Positions 25,586 through 32,000 of a stretch of DNA of 32,000 bases are shown one piece after another. Source of the DNA: Nitratidesulfovibrio vulgaris str. Hildenborough (GTDB lineage Bacteria > Desulfobacterota > Desulfovibrionia > Desulfovibrionales > Desulfovibrionaceae); the NCBI RefSeq assembly GCF_000195755.1, contig NC_002937.3:3390001-3422000 (forward strand), given 5' to 3'. The translations under genes and the position numbers were made by a program. The stretch's first letter is position 1. Each line of letters starts with the position of its first letter. The notes beneath the pieces are model-generated. The model saw only the letters and a program-made list of their open reading frames with translations, did no database searches and was not told the DNA's origin.

Positions 25586-25790
25586 GCCATTGCATCGGAC
25601 GGTGCCGTCCCGCCTGTTGGCAGCCCCAGCGGGCAGCCCCGGCAGCACGGGGCAGCAGCACGGGAGACGCCGCGAAGGTGGCAACCAGAGGACACGCCCG
25701 CACTCGCAAAATAATACACAAAACCATCGACTGGGTTATCGTCATATCCAGTGTGAACCCCACGCCTTGCCATTCGACACCGGAGGCTTC

Positions 25791-27416
25791 ATGCCCGAAA
25801 GCCCTCACCGCCCGCATCCTGACAGGAGCCCTTCAGGTCGCCATAGCACCTTTACCCGCCTTCTTCGCGCCTGCCTGACACCCGTTCTTCTGCTCACCCT
25901 TCTGACAGCCTGCGCCAAAGTGGGGCCGGACTTCAGCGCCCCCGGGGGGGACGTCCCCGACGTCTGGCAGGATGCCTCACATCCTGTGGCATCCTCCGAT
26001 GCGGATGTGGACGGAACGTGGTGGAACACCTTCAATGACCCGGTGCTGGACAGCCTCGTCACGGAAGCGCGTAGCGCGAACCTGTCACTTCACCTTGCGG
26101 CGTTGCGCGTCTTCGAAGCCCGTGCGCGTCTGGGGGCGGCGGTCGGCAACCTCTACCCGCAAACGCAACAGGGGACTGGCGGTCTCACGTGGACACACCC
26201 CAGCGACAGGGCGCCCACAGCCCCGCAGCCGACGACGGGGCGCGACAACCCCGACTATGTACAGACGAGCGCAGGTCTCGATGTCGCCTGGGAACTCGAC
26301 TTCTGGGGCAAATTCCGCAGGGGCATCGAGGCCGCAGATGCGGACCTGCGCGCGTCGATGGCAGACCATCAGACCGCGCTGGTATCCGTCTCCGCCGAAG
26401 TCGCCCGTTCCTACATCCTGTACCGCACGGTGCAGAAACAGCTTGCCATCGCGGAGACCAACGTGGCCATCCAGCGCGAGAGTCTGCGCATCGCCACGGC
26501 CCGCTTCAATTACGGCGCCACCAGCGAACGCGACATGCGACAGGCCCTCTCGCTGCTACGCGACACCGAGGCGCGCATCCCCAATCTTGCCCACTCTCTC
26601 CGCGAGACCCGCAATGCGCTTTGCGTGCTGCTTGGCAAGGCCCCGCAGGATATCAGCGCACGACTCGGAGACGCGCCCATACCCACCGCCCCAACACACG
26701 TCGCGGTGGGCATACCCGCCGACCTGTTGCGGCGGCGACCCGACGTACACAAGGCCCTCGCCACAGCCGCAGGGCAATGCGCACGACTCGGCGTGGCCAA
26801 GGCCGATTTCTACCCGGCCTTCACACTGGGCGGCTTCGTCGGGTTCACAGCCAGCAATGTCGGGGCGTTCGGGCTTGGAGACACGTTCTCGAACGGCTTC
26901 ACCGCGTATGGGGGGCCCGGACTTTCCCTGCCCCTGTTCAACTACGGACGCATTGTCAGCAACGTACGCGCGCAGGACGCCCGGTTCCAGCAGTCACTGA
27001 CAAGCTATCGGGAGACCGTACTGGTGGCCCTTCGTGAGACGGAGGACGCCATAGACAGGTTCATTCAGGCGCAGGGCCGTACGGCACTGCTGACCGAAAG
27101 CGCATCCGACGCCGCACGGTCCATGCAACTGGCCCTCATCCAGTATCAGGAAGGTTCCACCGATTTCACCACCGTGCTCACCGCAGCGCGCGACCTCGCA
27201 ACCAGAGAAGACGCCCTCGCCGCGGCCAAAGGCGAAATCTGCCAGAGCCTCGTCGCCATGTTCAAGGCACTGGGAGGAGGCTGGCACAAGCTTCCCGGCG
27301 ACGTCTTCATTCCCGTCAACGCCCTCCGTGAGATGCGTGAACGCACACACTGGGGCTCACTGCTTGAAGAGGATGCCCCACCAGCGAGTGAGGGCATCAG
27401 GCTACCCGACATGTAG
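25791..27416 (+). CDS. RND efflux outer-membrane factor lipoprotein (NodT/OprM family)
   Basis: It has a signal peptide with a lipobox (LLLTLLTAC). The sequence AKVGPDFSAPGG...WW..F.DP.L..L motif is typical of NodT family N-termini, and there are two OEP repeats. GGAGG lies upstream of the ATG at 25791. Confidence 0.88.
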   Translation: MPESPHRPHPDRSPSGRHSTFTRLLRACLTPVLLLTLLTACAKVGPDFSAPGGDVPDVWQDASHPVASSDADVDGTWWNTFNDPVLDSLVTEARSANLSLHLAALRVFEARARLGAAVGNLYPQTQQGTGGLTWTHPSDRAPTAPQPTTGRDNPDYVQTSAGLDVAWELDFWGKFRRGIEAADADLRASMADHQTALVSVSAEVARSYILYRTVQKQLAIAETNVAIQRESLRIATARFNYGATSERDMRQALSLLRDTEARIPNLAHSLRETRNALCVLLGKAPQDISARLGDAPIPTAPTHVAVGIPADLLRRRPDVHKALATAAGQCARLGVAKADFYPAFTLGGFVGFTASNVGAFGLGDTFSNGFTAYGGPGLSLPLFNYGRIVSNVRAQDARFQQSLTSYRETVLVALRETEDAIDRFIQAQGRTALLTESASDAARSMQLALIQYQEGSTDFTTVLTAARDLATREDALAAAKGEICQSLVAMFKALGGGWHKLPGDVFIPVNALREMRERTHWGSLLEEDAPPASEGIRLPDM

Positions 27417-27457
27417 GTTCGCCTCATCCTAGCCACATCGCCCGAAGGGGGTCGTTG

Positions 27458-28627
27458 ATGTTGCGCCGCCACACCATTTCAAGAGCCGTCCACATTGCTC
27501 TTCTGGCCCTTGCCACCGCCACGGGCATCTACGGTTGCGACTCGCGCAACGCCTATGTGCCGCCTCCTCCGCCCAAGGTGACCGTCGGGGCGCCCCATGT
27601 GGGCCCCGTGACCGAGTACATGGAGTTCAGCGGCACCATCGCCGCTGTCGAATCCGTGGACATCACGGCGCGCGTGACCGGTACCCTCCGGTCGGCCCAG
27701 TTCCGCGATGGCTCCACTGTGCATAAGGGTGACCCGTTGTTCATCATCGAGCCGGAACCCTATCAGGCGGCCCTGCAGCGGGCAGAAGCCGAACTCGAAG
27801 TGCAGCAGGCAGCATTGGCGCGGGCCGAAACCGAACTGGCACGCAGCCGCAAACTGCTGACAGAGAAGGCCGGTTCGGAGACCGACGTGGTGAAATGGCA
27901 ACAGCAGCGCGACAGCGCCAAGGCGAACATCAGCCGGGCCAAGGCACAGATAGAGACCGCACGCATCGACCTCGGCTACACCCGCATCACTGCGCCGTTC
28001 GATGGGCAGATAAGCCGCAGGTTCGCAGACCCCGGCAACGTCGTCGGCCCCGGGGCCGTGACCCGGTTGGCAACCATCGTCCGGCGTGACCAGGTGCATG
28101 TCTATTTCAACATCAACGAACGTGACCTCCTCCGGCTCATGGCTGAACGCCCCAAGCCGAAGACGGCTAGCGCGCCCACCATGCCGCTCGAGCTTGCACT
28201 CGCCGATGAAGACGGCTTTCCGCATGCGGGCAAGCTGGACTACGCAGACCCCGGCGTCGACCCCGCGACAGGCACGATGCAGTTGCGCGGCCTGTTCCCC
28301 AACCCTTCAGGCCGGTTGCTACCGGGCCTGTTCGCCCGGATACGCGTGGCCGTGGGCCAAAGCGACAAGGCCATGATGGTGCCGGACCGTGCCATCGGGC
28401 AAGACCAGTCGGGCAGCTACGTCATCATCGTCAACGCACAGAACATCGCAGAGCAACGAGCCGTCGTCCTTGGGCCGCTGCACGAGGGCTACCGCGTGGT
28501 CAGCAAGGGTTTGAGCGCAGAGGACAGGGTCGTGGTCAATGGCATCCAGCGCGCCCGCCCCGGAAGCCCTGTCGACCCGACCCCCGCCCCGGACACAGGA
28601 CAGCCCGCAGGCAAGCCCGCCAGCTAG
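27458..28627 (+). CDS. RND efflux membrane-fusion (periplasmic adaptor) lipoprotein, AcrA/HlyD family
   Basis: It has a lipobox (ATGIYGC). The biotinyl-lipoyl-like motif is ARVTGTLRSAQFRDGSTVHKGDPLFIIEPEPYQAAL. A coiled-coil hairpin and LGYTRITAPFDGQISRR are also present. AGGGGG lies upstream of the ATG at 27458. The ORF track starts one codon earlier, at a TTG. Confidence 0.9.
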   Translation: MLRRHTISRAVHIALLALATATGIYGCDSRNAYVPPPPPKVTVGAPHVGPVTEYMEFSGTIAAVESVDITARVTGTLRSAQFRDGSTVHKGDPLFIIEPEPYQAALQRAEAELEVQQAALARAETELARSRKLLTEKAGSETDVVKWQQQRDSAKANISRAKAQIETARIDLGYTRITAPFDGQISRRFADPGNVVGPGAVTRLATIVRRDQVHVYFNINERDLLRLMAERPKPKTASAPTMPLELALADEDGFPHAGKLDYADPGVDPATGTMQLRGLFPNPSGRLLPGLFARIRVAVGQSDKAMMVPDRAIGQDQSGSYVIIVNAQNIAEQRAVVLGPLHEGYRVVSKGLSAEDRVVVNGIQRARPGSPVDPTPAPDTGQPAGKPAS

Positions 28628-28655
28628 CCTCAATCGCCACAAGCAAAGGCTCGCC

Positions 28656-31600
28656 ATGTTCGCGAAATTCTTCATCGACCGCCCCATTCTGGCTAACGTC
28701 ATCGGCATCGTGCTCATTCTCATCGGCGTCGTATCGGTCATGCTGCTACCCATTTCGCAGTATCCTGAAATCACGCCCCCCACGGTCGAAGTAAAGGCCA
28801 TCTATCCGGGCTCGAACTCGCTGGTACTCGCCGACACCGTCGGGGCCCCTATAGAACAGGAGGTCAACGGCGTCGAAGGCATGCTCTACATGTCCTCCAA
28901 GAGTGCCAACGACGGAACCTACACCCTGACGATCACCTTCGCCCTCGGAACCAACATCGACATGGCGACCGTGCTCGTCCAGAACCGCGTCAACGTGGCC
29001 ATGGCGCGCCTGCCCGACGAGGTGAAACGACAGGGCGTAACGGTCAAGAAGAAGTCGACCGCCATCCTTCAGGTTGTCACACTCACCTCGCCGGACGGAT
29101 CATACGACGACCTCTTCCTGAGCAACTTCGCATCACTGCGCATCAGGGACGAGCTTGCCCGCATACCGGGCGTGGGCGAAGCGACGGTGTTCGGCGCCGC
29201 AAGCTATTCGATGCGTGTCTGGCTTGATGCGCCCCGGCTCAAGAGCATGGGGCTCACGACAAAGGACGTGGTCAACGCCATCAGCGAACAGAACGTTCAG
29301 GTCGCTGCGGGCCAGATAGGCGCACAGCCCGCGCCCGACACCCAGAACTTCCAGTTCACGGTGCAGACGCAGGGCCGTCTGTCCAATGTCGAGGAATTCG
29401 AGGACATCATCATCCGGACGGCGACATCCGGGCCTGCGGGGCGTGTCGTACGGGTGCGCGACGTGGCGCGCGTCGAACTCGGCGGGCAGACATACGACCT
29501 CTACGCACAGAAGAACGGCAAACCTGCGGCACTCGTCATCATCTATCAGCTGCCGGGTGCCAACGCGCTGGATGTGGCACAACAGGTCAACGCACGCATG
29601 AAGACCCTCGGCAACGACTTCCCGCAGGGGGTCGCATGGGATGTCCCCTACGACACGACGCGATTCGTCGAAGCCGCCATCGAACAGGTCTACCACACAC
29701 TTTTCGAAGCAGCGGTGCTCGTTCTCGCCGTCATACTCATCTTCCTGCAGGACTGGCGTGCGACGCTGGTTCCGGCATCCGTCGTGCCCATCACCATCCT
29801 CGGTGGTTTCATGGCCATGATGGGCCTCGGTTTTTCGGTGAACCTCGTCACGCTCTTCGGCATCATACTCGCCATCGGCATCGTGGTTGACGACGCCATC
29901 ATCGTCGTCGAGGGCGCCGCGCACCACATGGAACATGGCGACCCCGCGCGCGAGGCCACCATCAAGGCCATGATGCAACTCTTCGGCCCCATCATCGGCA
30001 TCACACTGGTGCTGTCGTGCGTGTTCATCCCCGCATCGTTCATGTCCGGCATCACCGGGCAACTCTACAGGCAATTCGCCCTCGTCATCGCATCGACAGC
30101 CCTCGTCAGCGCCCTGCTTGCCGCCACCCTCACCCCGGCACAGTGCGCCCTCTTCCTCAAACCCATCGTGCCGGGTCGCAACGCCTTCTACCGCGGGTTC
30201 AACAAGTCCTACGATGCCGTCGAGAACCTGTTCGTCACGATTCTGCGCACCATGGTGCGGCATGCGAAGACCACCATGCTCGTCTTCGTCGGCCTCATCA
30301 CGGCCACCTTCTGGGCGTTCACCTCGCTACCCACGGGGTTCCTGCCCGACGAGGACCAGGGCTATGCCCTTGTGGCGGTGCAGCTGCCCGGTGCCGCATC
30401 ACAGGCCCGTACGCGCGAGGTGACCACCAGACTCGACGCCATCTTCTCCGAGACGCAGGGGGTCGCAGACTGGATAACCTTTGGCGGCATGTCCATCCTG
30501 AACGGCGCCAACACCTCCAACTCCGCCACGGTGTTCGTCATGTACAAGGACTGGAGCGAACGCGGGGCACTCACGCAGGAGAGAATCGTCGCCGACCTGC
30601 GTCGCAAGGTCGCGTCCATTCAGGAAGGGATGGTGATTGTCGTGACGCCGCCCCCCATACAGGGACTGGGCAACGCTGGCGGATTCGAAATGATGGTGCA
30701 GGACCGGGCGGCGCTGGGGGCCCAGCAACTTGAGACCGTGGCCTACTCGATGATGGCGGCTGCACGGGGACAGTCGGGCCTTGGCAATGTCTCGACGACA
30801 TACAACGCCCGCACACCGCAGCTTTTCGTCAACGTGGACCGTACGCAGGTCAAGAACTACGACGTGCAACTCAATGACGTCTTCAGCACGATGCAGTCCT
30901 ACCTCGGCTCATCCTATGTCAACGACTTCAACAAGTTCGGAAAGACATATCAGGTCCGGGTGCAGGCAGACAGCCGTTACCGCCTCACCGCAGAGGACAT
31001 CGGTCGCCTCGAAGTGCGCAACGCACAGGGCGGCATGGTGCCTCTGGGCGCGGTGACCGACGTGAAGGATGTCGTCGGACCCGACGTGGTCACCCGCTAC
31101 AATCTCTACCCTGCGGCCTCCCTGATAGGCGCCGCCGCACCGGGATTCAGTTCGGGCCAAGCCCTCGCCCTGATGGAAGACATGGCCCGCAAGACCCTGC
31201 CGCAGTCGATGGGATTCGAATGGACGACCATGGCCTATCAGGAGAAGGCGACGGGCAACGAAGCCTTCGCCGTTTTCGGCTTCGCCGTGCTGCTCGTCTT
31301 TCTCGTGCTGGCGGCCCAGTACGAAAGCTGGTCTGCGCCAGCCGCCATCATCATGGTCGTTCCGCTGGCCCTGCTGGGAACCAGCATCGCCGTTGCGACG
31401 CGTGGCATGGACAACAACGTGTACACCCAGATAGGCATCGTGCTTCTCATCGCACTGGCGAGCAAGAACGCCATCCTCATCGTCGAATTCGCCCGTGAAC
31501 TCCGCCTGCAGAAGGGCATGTCCATTCAGGATGCCGCAGTCGAGGGGGCCCGCGCGAGGTTCCGCCCCATTCTCATGACCTCGTTCGCCTTCATTCTTGG

Positions 31601-31799
31601 CGTCGTTCCCCTGCTCACCGCCTCCGGCGCCGGTTCGGCAAGCCAGCGAGCGCTCGGCACGGCGGTCTTCGGAGGCATGCTGGCATCGACATTCCTTGCC
31701 GTGCTCTTCGTCCCGGTCTTCTTCACTGTCATCCAGACCTTGAGCGAAGGCCTTTCGCGTCAATCGTCACCCAGCCAGAAGAACATCAACCACAAGTGA
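28656..31799 (+). CDS. RND inner-membrane multidrug efflux pump (AcrB/HAE1 family, 1047 aa)
   Basis: The sequence MFAKFFIDRPILANVIGIVLILIGVVSVMLLPISQYPEITPPTV is the canonical AcrB-family start. The protein has a 12-TM architecture with two large periplasmic loops, and the TM4 motif is GIVVDDAIIVVE. Confidence 0.95.
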   Translation: MFAKFFIDRPILANVIGIVLILIGVVSVMLLPISQYPEITPPTVEVKAIYPGSNSLVLADTVGAPIEQEVNGVEGMLYMSSKSANDGTYTLTITFALGTNIDMATVLVQNRVNVAMARLPDEVKRQGVTVKKKSTAILQVVTLTSPDGSYDDLFLSNFASLRIRDELARIPGVGEATVFGAASYSMRVWLDAPRLKSMGLTTKDVVNAISEQNVQVAAGQIGAQPAPDTQNFQFTVQTQGRLSNVEEFEDIIIRTATSGPAGRVVRVRDVARVELGGQTYDLYAQKNGKPAALVIIYQLPGANALDVAQQVNARMKTLGNDFPQGVAWDVPYDTTRFVEAAIEQVYHTLFEAAVLVLAVILIFLQDWRATLVPASVVPITILGGFMAMMGLGFSVNLVTLFGIILAIGIVVDDAIIVVEGAAHHMEHGDPAREATIKAMMQLFGPIIGITLVLSCVFIPASFMSGITGQLYRQFALVIASTALVSALLAATLTPAQCALFLKPIVPGRNAFYRGFNKSYDAVENLFVTILRTMVRHAKTTMLVFVGLITATFWAFTSLPTGFLPDEDQGYALVAVQLPGAASQARTREVTTRLDAIFSETQGVADWITFGGMSILNGANTSNSATVFVMYKDWSERGALTQERIVADLRRKVASIQEGMVIVVTPPPIQGLGNAGGFEMMVQDRAALGAQQLETVAYSMMAAARGQSGLGNVSTTYNARTPQLFVNVDRTQVKNYDVQLNDVFSTMQSYLGSSYVNDFNKFGKTYQVRVQADSRYRLTAEDIGRLEVRNAQGGMVPLGAVTDVKDVVGPDVVTRYNLYPAASLIGAAAPGFSSGQALALMEDMARKTLPQSMGFEWTTMAYQEKATGNEAFAVFGFAVLLVFLVLAAQYESWSAPAAIIMVVPLALLGTSIAVATRGMDNNVYTQIGIVLLIALASKNAILIVEFARELRLQKGMSIQDAAVEGARARFRPILMTSFAFILGVVPLLTASGAGSASQRALGTAVFGGMLASTFLAVLFVPVFFTVIQTLSEGLSRQSSPSQKNINHK

Positions 31800-31806
31800 G
31801 ACGACG

Positions 31807-32000
31807 ATGAACAGGACTGCATACATCGGCTGCGCCCTTCTCATGAGTCTGGCACTTGCACTGACCGCATGCGCCGCCCACAAGATGGAAAGCAAACCTT
31901 CCGGCTTTCTCCGTGACTATCAGGGCCTTTCAAAAGGACGAGATGATCAGGCGGGGCTGATATGGATCAAGCCCGGCATCAAGGCAGGCGACTACGACGG
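31807..32000 (+). CDS. Lipoprotein, 5' part only (DUF3313-like), running off the right window edge
   Basis: The ATG at 31807 gives MNRTAYIGCALLMSLALALTACAAHKMESKPSGFLRDYQGLSK. This is a signal peptide plus lipobox (LTAC), followed by an SGFLxDY motif that I associate with DUF3313 lipoproteins. The gene is not in the ORF track because no stop lies within the window. Confidence 0.6.
   Translation, partial: MNRTAYIGCALLMSLALALTACAAHKMESKPSGFLRDYQGLSKGRDDQAGLIWIKPGIKAGDYD

Noticed and set aside
25619-25664. The GGCAGCCCC / GGCAGCAC / GGCAGCAGCAC reiterations, considered as a possible short tandem repeat or CRISPR-like array.
   Set aside because: The units are irregular in length and sequence, there is no spacer structure, and the pattern is typical low-complexity GC-rich intergenic sequence.

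Overview
This is a GC-rich chromosomal segment with a strong G/C third-position bias. Gene content and order look like a Desulfovibrio-type deltaproteobacterium, but that is an inference and not a database result. I support about 26 protein-coding genes and no rRNA, tRNA, CRISPR array or mobile element.

Gene order, left to right:
- A sensor histidine kinase, truncated at the left window edge.
- pgi, an aspartate-family aminotransferase, and sfsA.
- A long minus-strand flagellar export and regulation operon: fliR-flhB-flhA-flhF-flhG-fliA-cheY-fliL plus two small uncharacterised genes.
- A stand-alone IMP cyclohydrolase (the PurH N-terminal domain only).
- A long-form hflX.
- A receiver-only response regulator followed by an 887-aa PEP-synthase/PPDK-like protein.
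- PAP2 phosphatase, M23 peptidase and a TtcA-like PP-loop ATPase.
- rpoZ, dnaJ and greA.
- An RND efflux operon in the order outer-membrane factor, membrane-fusion protein, pump, followed by the start of a lipoprotein gene.

Most listed ORFs of 100-969 aa that lie antisense to these genes are artefacts of GC-rich sequence.

The most unusual locus is the response regulator plus PEP-synthase-like pair at 16865-19970. By my manual alignment, its swivel domain has Ser where the catalytic phospho-His should be. Its ATP-grasp motifs look degenerate, and its C-terminal third is not a recognisable PEP/pyruvate TIM barrel.

Secondary points:
- hflX appears to start at a non-canonical codon.
- purH is split.
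- Three long gene-free spacers contain strong hairpins and tandem repeats.
- flhG and fliA share a 47-nt dual-coding overlap.
- The histidine kinase has a Gly/Ser/Asn low-complexity insert in its dimerisation domain.

All homology statements come from motif recognition by eye and need HMM or BLAST confirmation.
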